This document shows positions 1 to 9,743 of a stretch of DNA of 64,000 nucleotides, in pieces. Location of the stretch: positions 41,371 to 105,370 of the forward strand of contig JANWYQ010000055.1 in assembly GCA_025055015.1 (NCBI GenBank), read 5' to 3'. The DNA is from Caldilineales bacterium. Lineage in GTDB: Bacteria; Chloroflexota; Anaerolineae; JAAEKA01. The position numbers were made by a program, and so were the translations under genes. A model generated the notes under the pieces. It had not been told where the DNA came from. It ran no database searches and was given only the letters and a program-made list of their open reading frames with translations. The stretch's first letter is position 1. Every line of letters starts with the position of its first letter.

Positions 1-7
1 AGCCATC

Positions 8-3000
8 GTGCTCGATCCTTGGGGCCTGGGCGTGTGTGTGGTGCTACCTGAACAACAGCTTCCGGCCGTGCAAAGCCTTGCCGAGTCCTGGTGGGAGATC
101 GAGACGGACGGCACAATAGATAGGATCCCGGTGGACGCCCGCCGAGTGGACATGGACCTGAAGACCCGCCTCGCTTGTGGATTGCTGCGCAAGCCGGCGC
201 CCGAGTACAAGGTCCGGTTTTATCGTCGGGTCGGGCAAGCCGCCAGTGAATTGGTACGGGAGTGGGCGTACCGGGGCGTGGGTGCTACGCAGTCCTTCCT
301 GGCCTTCGATCCCCAGACCGGCGGCCTAATTCCACAGCCCAGGCACCTACCAGCGCGTTTGCTGTGGATCCTGTGTCCGCCGGATGGCATGGTGCAGTCC
401 GATCCGCCTGTTCCATCGTTGATCCGAGAAAAACTGCCGTCATTGCCTTGGGACTGGCATGCATGGCGCGGTTACGCACTCGACTTGCGAGGCGTGAGTA
501 CTCTCACGATACGGTCCAGCCTTGGCCAGACCTTAATCTCCGTGGTCGAAGCCCAGGCCGAGCCGACCGTTGAGCTGGTAAATGCTAAACAACTCGACTT
601 GCTAGAAGACCCGGTACCGGTTTTTGTGGGTACCCCGCCGAAGCTGCGGATTCGCGCCGCTGAAGGGGGTGCTTCGGAAGTCCGTCTGGCGCGCTGGCGC
701 CTGGAACTCAGTCATGAATGGGAGGCCGACCCAAAGCGTGATATCAGGACGCGCCTTAGCGAGCTGAGCGGTCTGGTCATGCAGCAAGATGGTTACATCG
801 AGCTGCCGCTCTCGCATCCGCAGTTGCTAGGCGCCGAGCCCGTGGGCCAGTACCGCCTTCGACTGCGGGGACCATTCGGCAGCTGCGCTGAACTTCGTTT
901 TCGGATTGTGCCCCATTTGCATGTAATAGGCCACGAAGACGTGTATCTGCCTGCACCGGACAATAGCTCGCCGATGGCACAGTTGCTCTTGGAGACGGAC
1001 GCCCATAGCCGGGTCGAGTTCATGGAGAACCACCCCGAAGCTCAGTTGCAGGAATTGGCATGTGACAGCCGGTCGCGCTGTTACGAGGTTCGGGTTCCCC
1101 CAGACTGCGCTGACGCACCCTTGCGCCTCGTGCACCAAGTGCGGGATGGCCACTCAGCCTACATACCCCTACGCATCCCGATCCGCCGGTTGCGTTGGTC
1201 GGTGATTCTACAGGCGGACTCCATTGCACAACCTGTCTGGAGGAGCAGTCCATCCACTATCTATCTGGCCGAGCTGGACCAGAGCCTGTCCCCCTATCTT
1301 TTTCTTGAGTTACCGGTTGTCGCAGGCAGCGACTTATCGGTGGAGCTACGTTTTCTCGGGGTGGACGACGAAGTTATTACGGAACTGAGTTCGCCGCGGC
1401 CATCTCGCCCCGCCCGTTTGCGACGATTCGATCTGCGATCGGTGCGCGATGCGTTACGCATGTCCTCATCCCCTGCGATTCGTGTCGATCTACACATCAA
1501 CGGCCTGCCCGTGCGCGATCCATTGACGTTGACGATCTTGACCATCCGGCGGAGTATCGCCGTGGAGTGGGCTGACGTTGTATTGCTTAAAAGCGATGGC
1601 AAACAGTCTGTTGAAGTTGCCTGGGAGCCGGAGATCTCGCTGCGTTGGCGCCAGGTTCGACTGTGGAGCCTGACCCGTCCCTGGACAGAGCCGATCACCG
1701 TGCCGATCCCCGATTCAGCGCGGGGCAAGCACACCTTCCCGCTCGAGGCCGATGCCCTGCCGCCCGGCCGCTATCTGATCGAGTTCTCGGTGAGCGATCC
1801 CTGGCTACCCGAGACTGCTCCAACCCGCCCACAGAGTGATGCGCCTAATGTGAAGTCTGTCGTGATCGGTTCTTTGGAGGAGCGTCTGGCAGAATTGGAG
1901 GCGGCGCGTCGGCAAGGGAAAGAGGTGTTTTCGTGTGCCTGTGAAAGCGCATTTTTATGGAAAGAATTGGGACGCGTTGATCGAGCGGAAGAGAGTTTGG
2001 AACACTGTTGGCAGAGCCGACGCTTGGCATCGTTGTCACAGCTTCTGACGCTAGCACAACAGTTCCGAGACCTACCCACCGGTCGGGCCTTTGGGCTTAG
2101 GCTTTATACTGGTGAACAGCTCCGAGAAGTGATAACGACTGCTCGGCACAAGGGCTTGTCACACTCAGTGCTTGGCGCTTACTTGAACGGTTTGCCTCCG
2201 CTGAGAAGACTGACGCCGGACGCACTGGAGGCATTGTTAGATGCTCCCGATGAGCGCTTGCGAACAGCAGCTGCAAGCCATTTGATTGAGGAAGGCTATG
2301 CCAGGGCTGTTCAGGCAGTACTGGAATGGGAGGCGTCCGGCAGGCTTTCCCGGCGCGACCTAGACGATCTGTTGAGCCGGAATTTGTCGCTTGCTGTCAA
2401 CTATCTCGCGAACAATCTACCTCCCGAAGAGCTCTTGCGCCTTCTAGACACGTCGGACAGAGCCGACGTCCGTCTAGCTCTAGCAGCAGAAATGACAAAG
2501 CGAGGACGTGTTGAGGGTGTTTTGGCGATAGCTCATCTTTACGCTAACAGAGCTATTTCAGCGGATCAAGCACTGGCAGCGATTCAACCTAGTGTACACT
2601 TTGCGGTGCGTTGTCTACATGAACACAAACCAGGTAGGGGTACCAGACGTCTACTCGATGCAATTCTGGACGCCTATCCGAAGGCCCTTCCAGTGGTGGA
2701 ACCTGGCGTATGGATGAAGTGCAACCTTGGTTGGGCTCGAATTGACTCCATTCAGAGCGCTCATGGCGAGATCATACCGTGGTTCTCCACCCATGAGGTG
2801 CCGAAAGGTGCTAGATTCTCCGTGACCTTTCATCCAGATACTGAGGCGATCTGCGCAGCCATAGACACACAACACAGACAGGTGTTCTTTCAAGGGCTCA
2901 GCACGGTCTACCTATGCAGAAAATGCAATCAGTACATTGCGTCGCGCTATGAGAGGATTACGGGCGAGCACGATAGAAGAGCGCACGGGGGCGTGCAGCC

Positions 3001-3073
3001 ACGGTTTGCAACTCTGTGTGTTCCGGTGCCATTGGTTGGAGGCTTAGAGTTCCGACACAAACCCCCGGCCTAG
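8..3073 (+). CDS. large hypothetical protein (approx 1021 aa, probably 5'-truncated by window edge); no recognisable catalytic motifs; candidate DruH-like partner of downstream helicase
   Basis: Long ORF on + strand ending 22 nt before the helicase gene. Reading frame is open back to nt 2, so the true start may lie upstream of the window. Repetitive beta-rich segments. C-terminal helical repeat region (LRTAAASHLIEEG..., LALAAEMTKRG...) and a terminal CxxC pair (CRKCNQY). Function is inferred only from synteny with the DEAH/DUF1998 helicase. Confidence 0.5.
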   Translation: MLDPWGLGVCVVLPEQQLPAVQSLAESWWEIETDGTIDRIPVDARRVDMDLKTRLACGLLRKPAPEYKVRFYRRVGQAASELVREWAYRGVGATQSFLAFDPQTGGLIPQPRHLPARLLWILCPPDGMVQSDPPVPSLIREKLPSLPWDWHAWRGYALDLRGVSTLTIRSSLGQTLISVVEAQAEPTVELVNAKQLDLLEDPVPVFVGTPPKLRIRAAEGGASEVRLARWRLELSHEWEADPKRDIRTRLSELSGLVMQQDGYIELPLSHPQLLGAEPVGQYRLRLRGPFGSCAELRFRIVPHLHVIGHEDVYLPAPDNSSPMAQLLLETDAHSRVEFMENHPEAQLQELACDSRSRCYEVRVPPDCADAPLRLVHQVRDGHSAYIPLRIPIRRLRWSVILQADSIAQPVWRSSPSTIYLAELDQSLSPYLFLELPVVAGSDLSVELRFLGVDDEVITELSSPRPSRPARLRRFDLRSVRDALRMSSSPAIRVDLHINGLPVRDPLTLTILTIRRSIAVEWADVVLLKSDGKQSVEVAWEPEISLRWRQVRLWSLTRPWTEPITVPIPDSARGKHTFPLEADALPPGRYLIEFSVSDPWLPETAPTRPQSDAPNVKSVVIGSLEERLAELEAARRQGKEVFSCACESAFLWKELGRVDRAEESLEHCWQSRRLASLSQLLTLAQQFRDLPTGRAFGLRLYTGEQLREVITTARHKGLSHSVLGAYLNGLPPLRRLTPDALEALLDAPDERLRTAAASHLIEEGYARAVQAVLEWEASGRLSRRDLDDLLSRNLSLAVNYLANNLPPEELLRLLDTSDRADVRLALAAEMTKRGRVEGVLAIAHLYANRAISADQALAAIQPSVHFAVRCLHEHKPGRGTRRLLDAILDAYPKALPVVEPGVWMKCNLGWARIDSIQSAHGEIIPWFSTHEVPKGARFSVTFHPDTEAICAAIDTQHRQVFFQGLSTVYLCRKCNQYIASRYERITGEHDRRAHGGVQPRFATLCVPVPLVGGLEFRHKPPA

Positions 3074-3094
3074 CCTGCGCGCTCGGAGGACATC

Positions 3095-6000
3095 ATGGCT
3101 CGACCTATCCACCCTCTCGATGCAACCCGCAAACTGAGCGAAGACTACGCGCGCTATCTGCGGACGATCTACTTCTTTCGTGATACCGAGCTACGCGCAC
3201 AGTTCGAAAAGGCATTGGATGCGCCCGACTTCCTAGTGCGCGGGCCGATCCTGGAAGCCGCCCCGCCCTTCCGCTTGGGACGCTCGATTCGTCAACTGAT
3301 CGAGGCCGGCGTGCTGCACCGCGACTTCCGACAGCTCTGTTCCGATGCATTGCCCTATGAGCGACCGCTTTACTTGCACCAGGAGGAGGCCATTGTCAAA
3401 GTGGTGGCGCACGGTCGCAACGTGGTCGTTGCCACCGGCACGGGCAGCGGCAAGACAGAGACCTTCCTGATCCCGATCTTCGATCATCTGCTGCGTCAGC
3501 GAGAGGCGGGCCTCTTGAAACAGCTCGGGGTGCGTGCGTTGCTGCTCTACCCTATGAACGCGCTGGCCAACGACCAGCTCAAGCGCCTGCGCCGACTGCT
3601 GGCCGCTTTCCCCGATATCACCTTCGGCCGTTATACGGGCGAGACACCCGAAGGCCAGCGTCAGGCCGAAGATCTGTTCCGCCGCCAGTTCCCAGCCGAG
3701 CGTCTCTTACCCAACGAGCGGATCAGCCGCGCGACGATGCGGGAAAGCCCGCCACACATCCTGATCACCAACTACGCGATGCTGGAATACCTGCTGCTCA
3801 GGCCCAGGGACAGCGAGTTCTTCGACGGCGAGACGGGGCGTTTCTGGCGCTTTATTGCACTGGACGAGGCGCACATCTACGACGGCGCCACCGGTATCGA
3901 GATCGCCATGCTGTTGCGTCGAGTAAAGGAGCGGGTCGTGCGCAGCGAGCCAGGACGTCTACGCTGCATCGCCACCAGTGCGACGCTGGGCCGCGGTCGC
4001 CAGGACTTCCCCGCGGTCGCAACCTTTGCGCGCGAGCTGTTCGGGGAGCGCTTCGAGTGGGTGGATGATGACCCGGTGCGCCAGGATGTGGTCGAGGGTC
4101 AACGGGAAGAGATGGCGCAGCTCACGGCGCCGTGGGGCGAAGGTTCGGGTGAGCTATATGCTGCGCTTGCGCAAGCAGTTGTGGCCGAGCAATCGCCGGC
4201 CGACCTAGCCTCTGCCGCTTTGCAAGCCGGTTTGCCCGGCGAGGTTGTTCAGGAGGCGGCCCATGCCGCAGCCCAGGCCAAGTCTCACGCTGCGTCTCCT
4301 GCTGAGCAATGGACGGCGGGGATCAATGCTTTCCTGTATGCGGCGTTACGCGGGGACGGCCGGTTACATCGGCTGCGCGCGGCGCTGCGAGAACCTCAGG
4401 ACCTCCGCAAGTTGGCCGGCAAGTTAGGCGCCGACGGGACGGATGCCGAGCCGCTGATCAACCTGGTGCAGCTGGCAGTGCGTGCCCGATCTGCGCCCGA
4501 CGCGATGTCGCTCCTACCAGCCCGTTACCATGTATTCGTCCGAGCGCTGGAGGGCGCGTTCGTGTGCCTGAACCGCCACCATTCCGCTCATGCGGAGGAA
4601 GGCAAGCCGCGCTTCTTTCTGACGCGTTTCGACAACTGCCCGCATTGTCAGCAGCGCGTCTTCGAGCTGGCCACCTGCCCGCGCTGCGGCGCTGCCTACA
4701 TCGTCGGCCGCGAAGAGACAGCGCGTCTGGCCGGCGGGGGCACAGTGCGCCTCTTGCTCCACCCTCATCCGGCCAGCGCAGAGACGGACGGCGGACATGC
4801 CTACTTCGTCTTGAATGGCGATGCGCTGCAACCGGACGAAGATGAGGCCGTCGTGACCCAGGCGGCGGTAGAGCTGCTGGGGACTGAACGGCTGGAGCCC
4901 TACACGCTCTGTCTGGGCTGCGGAGCCGTCTCGCCGGCCGAAGGCGGCGGGCCCCGGTGCATCTGCCGGCCGACGACGCCAAGGATCTCCTTGCGCAAGG
5001 TGGCGGTTGAGGAGCCGACCACGGCCGACGGCGCCACAGCCGCGCGCCGCTCCCGCCGTGAGGCCGGCATCCTGAGCTACTGCATCGGCTGTGGCGCGCG
5101 CAACCCCAATGGCGTCGTTTACCGGTTTCTCACCGGCCAGGATGCGCCGGTGAGTGTACTGGCGACGTCGCTCTATCAGGTGTTGCCGCCCGACCGGGGC
5201 GCGGACGCTGCGAAGCTGCCGGGACATGGCCGTAAGCTGTTGGTGTTCGCCGACAGCAGGCAGGACGCAGCCTTCTTTGCGCCCTACCTGGAACGCACCT
5301 ATCAGCAGATCTTGCGTCGGCGCCTGATCCTGAAGATCCTTGCGGAGGACCCGGAGGGTCGGAAAGGCCGGCTGCGGCTGGACGACCTGGCAGGCCGTCT
5401 GTTGCGCCAGGCCGAGGATGCAGCCCTGTTCACCGTCGAGCAGAGCTACGATGAGCGCCTGACCCTGGCGCGGCAGTGGCTGGCGCAGGAGTTTGTGGCC
5501 CTGGACTACCGTATTGGCCTGGAGGGCTTAGGCTTGCTGAGCTATCGGCTGGTACCGCCCGAGCTTTGGGAGCCGCCGCCGGTCCTGCTAGCGTCGCCAT
5601 GGAACCTAGGCCGGGAAGAGGCCTGGAACCTGCTAGTGCTACTGCTCAACACACTGCGTCAGCAGGGTGCAGTCACCTTCCCGCCCAACGTGGACGTGCG
5701 CGATCGAGAAGCGTTCGGGCCGCGCAACGTGGAGCTGTTTGTAGGCGAGGTGGCCGATGAGAGGCACGGTGTGTTGGGCTGGGCCCCCCGTCGAGGCAGC
5801 AACCGTCGCCTTGATTTTCTGACGCGCTTGTTACAGCGTCGTAACGGCCTGTCGGCGAAAGAGGCCCAGGCGATCGCTCAAAGGGCGCTTCAGGGGCTTT
5901 GGACCTACCTGACCAGCCCCAACTCGTGCTGGCGCAATCACCTGGTCGCCGAGTCCCGACCCCAGGTTGGCGTCGCCTGGCGCCTGAACTACCGCTTCTG

Positions 6001-8083
6001 GGAATGGGTCCCTGTGGAGGGAGCGGGTGTCCCCGTACACCGTTGCGACCACTGCGCCAACGTTTCTTATATCAACCTGGACGACCTATGTCCGCTCTAC
6101 GGTTGCAATGGCCGCCTGGTACCCATGGCTGCTGGGGACACAGCGTGGGATGACAACCATTACCGACACCTGTACCGTACCTTGGAGCCGATCTCGGTTG
6201 TAGCAGAGGAACACACGGCCCAGTGGAAGCCAGACGAGGCAGGTCGCGTGCAGGATCGCTTCATCCGCGGGCAGATCAACGTGCTCAGCTGCTCGACCAC
6301 CTTCGAGCTGGGCGTGGACGTGGGCGACCTGCAGGCGGTGCTGATGCGCAACGTACCCCCGACTACCGCCAACTACATCCAGCGGGCTGGCCGCGCAGGG
6401 CGACGAACGGACTCGGTCGCCTTCGTGCTCACCTACGCGCAGCGTCGCTCCCACGACCTCACCCATTTCAACAAACCGGAGAAGATGGTGGCCGGCCGTA
6501 TCCTGCCGCCGGCAGTGGCCGTCAGCAACGAGAAGATCGTGCGCCGCCATGTCCACTCGGTCTTCCTAGCGGCTTTCTTCCGTTGGGCGAAGGATCAGCA
6601 CCGAAGGGAATTTGGCTCGGCAGGCGCTTTCTTTGCACCGGAAGACGAAGGGCCTTCGGGCCTCGACTTGCTCGCCGAGTATATCCGCCTACGGCCCGCT
6701 TCGCTGCCGGAAGCGCTGCTACGGATCGTGCCCCAAGATTTGCACGATGTCCTCGATATCGGCCGCTGGGGGTGGTTACCGAGCCTTACCAACGACACGG
6801 GAACGGGCATCCTCGATCGGGCCGCTCAGGAAGTGAACAACGATCTAGCTCTGTACGCCCAACTCGAGCAAGAGGCCGTGCGTCAGCGGCGCTACAACCA
6901 AGCCGAACACTTCCAGCGCGTGGCAAAGACCGTGCGCGACCGGGAGTTGCTCGGCTTTCTGGGCAGCCGCAACGTCCTGCCCGCCTACGGCTTCCCCAGC
7001 GATGTCGTCGAACTGCGCACGGGCCACATCCCCTCGATCCCGGAAGCGCGCAGGATCGAGCTCCAGCGCGACCTGAAGATCGCCATCGCCGAATACGCGC
7101 CCGGCGGCGAGGTGGTGGCGGCCAAGCGCATCTGGACCAGCGGTGGCCTCTACCGGATGCCAGGCCGCGATTGGCAACCCATCCACTATGCCGTCTGCCC
7201 CGATTGTGGCCGCTTTCATCGCGGCGCGCAGGAGATCGAGGGGCCGTGCGTGATATGCGGCGCAAGCCTGCGCAGTTGGCGTAGTCCGCACGGTCAGTTC
7301 ATCAGCCCCGAGTTCGGCTTCGTTGCGGCTCGCGAGCCGCGCAAAACCGGCGAGAACCGGCCGCAGCGGCTTTATGCCTCGCGCGTCTACTTTACCGAAT
7401 ACGCGCCCGAAGGGGACGAGCCGAGTGCGCTGGAACCTGTGCCGGAGCTGTCTGGCCCGGCGATCCGCACAGCCCGGCGCTACTCCCGCTACGGCAAGCT
7501 GGCGGTGGTCAACAGCGGTTTTCTCAACGCCGGTTTTCGCGTCTGCTCGATCTGTGGGTGGGCTGAACCGATGACGCCAAGCCGGCGGCCGCGCTGCAAG
7601 CCGGCCCATCAGAACCCGCGCACCGGCCATGACTGCTCCGGCTCCATTGACACCTACCACCTGGGCCACGAGTTCATCACCGACGTGTTGGAGCTCCGCT
7701 TCAACGGCGCGTTGGCGCCGGCTGGGGACATGAGACTGTGGCTTTCGACCCTCTACGCATTGCTGGAAGGGGCCAGCGAGACGCTGGGCATCCCGCGCGA
7801 CGATCTGGACGGCACGCTTTACCCTTACGAGGGTGGCTTGCCGCCCGCGTTGGTGCTCTTCGACAACGTGCCCGGCGGCGCCGCGCATGTACGGCGGGTG
7901 GCGCAAGCCCTGCCGGCGGTGGTGCAGGCCGCATGGGAACGCGTGGCCGGCTGCGAGTGCGGCGAGGAGACCAGCTGTTATGAGTGCCTGCGCAACTTCT
8001 ACAACCAGTGGTGCCATGACCAGTTAAAGCGAGGTCTGGCACGGGACTTTCTCCGAATGGTTTTGGAAAACGCGACGCGTTGA
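3095..8083 (+). CDS. DEAH-box SF2 helicase with C-terminal DUF1998 (MrfA/DruE-like zinc-ribbon) domain, 1662 aa
   Basis: Walker A motif VVATGTGSGKTETF (approx nt 3425-3466). DEAH box in LDEAHIYDG (nt 3859-3885). Motif VI QRAGRAGRR (approx nt 6381-6407). Multiple CxxC...CxxC zinc-ribbon pairs: CPHCQQRV..CPRCG, CDHCANV..CPLYGC, CPDCGRF..CVICG. Terminal cluster CECGEETSCYECLRNFYNQWCHDQ (nt approx 7945-8015) typical of DUF1998. About 700 aa are inserted between the RecA1 and RecA2 halves. A GGAGGA RBS precedes the ATG. Confidence 0.85.
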   Translation: MARPIHPLDATRKLSEDYARYLRTIYFFRDTELRAQFEKALDAPDFLVRGPILEAAPPFRLGRSIRQLIEAGVLHRDFRQLCSDALPYERPLYLHQEEAIVKVVAHGRNVVVATGTGSGKTETFLIPIFDHLLRQREAGLLKQLGVRALLLYPMNALANDQLKRLRRLLAAFPDITFGRYTGETPEGQRQAEDLFRRQFPAERLLPNERISRATMRESPPHILITNYAMLEYLLLRPRDSEFFDGETGRFWRFIALDEAHIYDGATGIEIAMLLRRVKERVVRSEPGRLRCIATSATLGRGRQDFPAVATFARELFGERFEWVDDDPVRQDVVEGQREEMAQLTAPWGEGSGELYAALAQAVVAEQSPADLASAALQAGLPGEVVQEAAHAAAQAKSHAASPAEQWTAGINAFLYAALRGDGRLHRLRAALREPQDLRKLAGKLGADGTDAEPLINLVQLAVRARSAPDAMSLLPARYHVFVRALEGAFVCLNRHHSAHAEEGKPRFFLTRFDNCPHCQQRVFELATCPRCGAAYIVGREETARLAGGGTVRLLLHPHPASAETDGGHAYFVLNGDALQPDEDEAVVTQAAVELLGTERLEPYTLCLGCGAVSPAEGGGPRCICRPTTPRISLRKVAVEEPTTADGATAARRSRREAGILSYCIGCGARNPNGVVYRFLTGQDAPVSVLATSLYQVLPPDRGADAAKLPGHGRKLLVFADSRQDAAFFAPYLERTYQQILRRRLILKILAEDPEGRKGRLRLDDLAGRLLRQAEDAALFTVEQSYDERLTLARQWLAQEFVALDYRIGLEGLGLLSYRLVPPELWEPPPVLLASPWNLGREEAWNLLVLLLNTLRQQGAVTFPPNVDVRDREAFGPRNVELFVGEVADERHGVLGWAPRRGSNRRLDFLTRLLQRRNGLSAKEAQAIAQRALQGLWTYLTSPNSCWRNHLVAESRPQVGVAWRLNYRFWEWVPVEGAGVPVHRCDHCANVSYINLDDLCPLYGCNGRLVPMAAGDTAWDDNHYRHLYRTLEPISVVAEEHTAQWKPDEAGRVQDRFIRGQINVLSCSTTFELGVDVGDLQAVLMRNVPPTTANYIQRAGRAGRRTDSVAFVLTYAQRRSHDLTHFNKPEKMVAGRILPPAVAVSNEKIVRRHVHSVFLAAFFRWAKDQHRREFGSAGAFFAPEDEGPSGLDLLAEYIRLRPASLPEALLRIVPQDLHDVLDIGRWGWLPSLTNDTGTGILDRAAQEVNNDLALYAQLEQEAVRQRRYNQAEHFQRVAKTVRDRELLGFLGSRNVLPAYGFPSDVVELRTGHIPSIPEARRIELQRDLKIAIAEYAPGGEVVAAKRIWTSGGLYRMPGRDWQPIHYAVCPDCGRFHRGAQEIEGPCVICGASLRSWRSPHGQFISPEFGFVAAREPRKTGENRPQRLYASRVYFTEYAPEGDEPSALEPVPELSGPAIRTARRYSRYGKLAVVNSGFLNAGFRVCSICGWAEPMTPSRRPRCKPAHQNPRTGHDCSGSIDTYHLGHEFITDVLELRFNGALAPAGDMRLWLSTLYALLEGASETLGIPRDDLDGTLYPYEGGLPPALVLFDNVPGGAAHVRRVAQALPAVVQAAWERVAGCECGEETSCYECLRNFYNQWCHDQLKRGLARDFLRMVLENATR

Positions 8084-8211
8084 TCGCCGGCTGAGGGGGC
8101 CGAGACGCCCCAGGCGGAATGACCAGCGCACGGGTTCGAGCCTGTACAGCTTGCGGTTGTCGTACGAGCCTGATCCGCCACCCCACGCACCGGTAATACC
8201 ACGATACCGCC

Positions 8212-9267
8212 ATGCCGACTACCTCTCCACCCCAACACGAACTCACTACTCCCTCTCCTCTCCTCGATCCCACCGGCCGGCTCGTGCAGGTGGGTTGGGC
8301 CAGGGCGCCGTTGCTGGACTGCAACTTGGAACAGGTCCGCTTCTACCCGCGGTTGTTTCGCTTCTTACAGCGTTTTCGTATCAAGCGCTGGGACTACTAC
8401 GGCGTCACCACTCCGGAGCGCTTCTTCTCCGCAACCCTGGCCGACTTGGGCTACGCCGGACAGGCGTTCGTCTACACTGTGGACTTCACCACCGGCGCCT
8501 ACCACGAGGAGACCATCACCCTTCCCCTGGGACGGGGGATTGTCCTGCCGCGCAACAGCACGGCCGGCGACAGTTACTTCTCCGACGGCAAAACGGCGCT
8601 CCGCTTCGAGGTGCGAGAGGATGAGCGTCGCCTGAGCGTGACCTGGCCCCGCTTCGGCGGCCAACCGCTTAGCGCCGAGATCGTCCTGGCCACGCCGCCT
8701 GCCCACCAGTCCACCGTGGTGGTCATCCCCATCGGACGCCGTCGCTTCTACTACAACCGCAAGATGAACTGCCTCCCGGCGCGCGGCTGGCTGCAGATCG
8801 GCTCGGAGCGCAGCGAGCTCAGTCCGGACACTTGCTTGGGCAACCTGGACTGGGGCCGAGGCGTCTGGGAGTACCGCTCTTTCTGGGTGTGGGCTAGCGC
8901 CTCCGGCTTTCTGCCCGACGGCCGCACCGTAGGGTTGAACCTGGGCTTCGGCTTTGGCGACACGTCGGCGGCCACCGAGAACACCCTGATCCTCAACGGC
9001 CGCATCCACAAGCTGGGGCAGGTGGACTTCTCCTACGACCCGGCCGATTTCCGCCGTGCGTGGCGCATGACGGCCCCGGACGGGCGGCTGGACGTGGAGT
9101 TCGTTCCCTTCGTCGAACGCGTAGCCCGCACTAACCTGCTGGTGATCACCAGCGAGGTACACCAGCTGTTCGGTCGCTACCGCGGCCGGGTCGTCGCCGA
9201 CGACGGAGAGGTCATCCCCCTCATGGGCCTCATCGGCTTCGCCGAGGAGCATCGCGCGCGCTGGTGA
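8212..9267 (+). CDS. conserved hypothetical protein (possibly DUF2804-like), 351 aa
   Basis: Clean ORF with no TM or catalytic motif recognised. The family assignment is from memory of a KRWDYYGV-type motif and is weak. Confidence 0.45.
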   Translation: MPTTSPPQHELTTPSPLLDPTGRLVQVGWARAPLLDCNLEQVRFYPRLFRFLQRFRIKRWDYYGVTTPERFFSATLADLGYAGQAFVYTVDFTTGAYHEETITLPLGRGIVLPRNSTAGDSYFSDGKTALRFEVREDERRLSVTWPRFGGQPLSAEIVLATPPAHQSTVVVIPIGRRRFYYNRKMNCLPARGWLQIGSERSELSPDTCLGNLDWGRGVWEYRSFWVWASASGFLPDGRTVGLNLGFGFGDTSAATENTLILNGRIHKLGQVDFSYDPADFRRAWRMTAPDGRLDVEFVPFVERVARTNLLVITSEVHQLFGRYRGRVVADDGEVIPLMGLIGFAEEHRARW

Positions 9268-9455
9268 CGAGGGGTGCTGGGCATGTGCGCGCTCGAGGAA
9301 CCACGTGGCGGCTACCGTATGCGTGAACGATGGCCACGCATCCCTGAGCAGCATCTGAAGAAGGTCGGGTCGGGGTTCGAACCGGACGCTAGAGCCAGGC
9401 GGGACGCCCTCTTGATCCGGGGGATGAGGGCACCTTCTCCGGCCGCTTCAGAATC

Positions 9456-9483
9456 TTGACAAATCGGATGTCCAGAATAGAAT
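9456..9483 (+). promoter_or_regulatory. sigma70-like promoter of the lysine cluster (TTGACA-16 nt-TAGAAT)
   Basis: TTGACA at 9456-9461 and TAGAAT at 9478-9483, with a 16-nt spacer, about 30 nt upstream of the leader ORF. Confidence 0.55.
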
Positions 9484-9514
9484 GCAGGCCACGTTGCAGT
9501 GTAGACGTTTGCCT

Positions 9515-9595
9515 ATGACCTGCGCTTCCATCTTCGCCAAGTCCAAGTCCAAGCAGCCGTCCCAGGCCTGGGATGGCTTGTTGAGCTTGGGCTGA
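9515..9595 (+). CDS. lysine-operon leader peptide (MTCASIFAKSKSKQPSQAWDGLLSLG, three AAG Lys codons)
   Basis: ATG at 9515 and TGA at 9593-9595. Lys codons in the KSKSK stretch. The ORF lies between the promoter and an intrinsic terminator upstream of lysW. Thermus thermophilus is known to regulate its AAA lysine cluster through a Lys-rich leader peptide. Confidence 0.6.
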   Translation: MTCASIFAKSKSKQPSQAWDGLLSLG

Positions 9596-9620
9596 GCGCG
9601 GTCCACCCACCCAAGTTTGC

Positions 9621-9662
9621 AAGTCCTGCCAGGCCTGGCGCCTCGGCAGGACTTTTTGTTTG
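9621..9662 (+). terminator. intrinsic terminator / attenuator hairpin (GTCCTGCC-loop-GGCAGGAC followed by TTTTTGTTT)
   Basis: Perfect 8-bp GC-rich stem at 9623-9630 pairing with 9645-9652, followed by a T-run. The hairpin lies 80 nt upstream of the lysW ATG. Confidence 0.7.
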
Positions 9663-9743
9663 CCTATACGGCGGCAATGCGGCCCCTCCTCGCCCGCCCG
9701 GCGAGCCAGGGCCGCTTTTTTATCCCCCACCCAGGAGTGCATC

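Noticed and set aside
9330-9380. GGTTCGAACC-like sequence (tRNA T-loop look-alike) between the DUF2804-like gene and the lys promoter. A similar GGGTTCGAGCC lies at about 8140.
   Set aside because: Flanking sequence does not form a T-stem or acceptor stem, and no cloverleaf could be built by eye on either strand. Possibly a decayed tRNA or att remnant, but unsupported.
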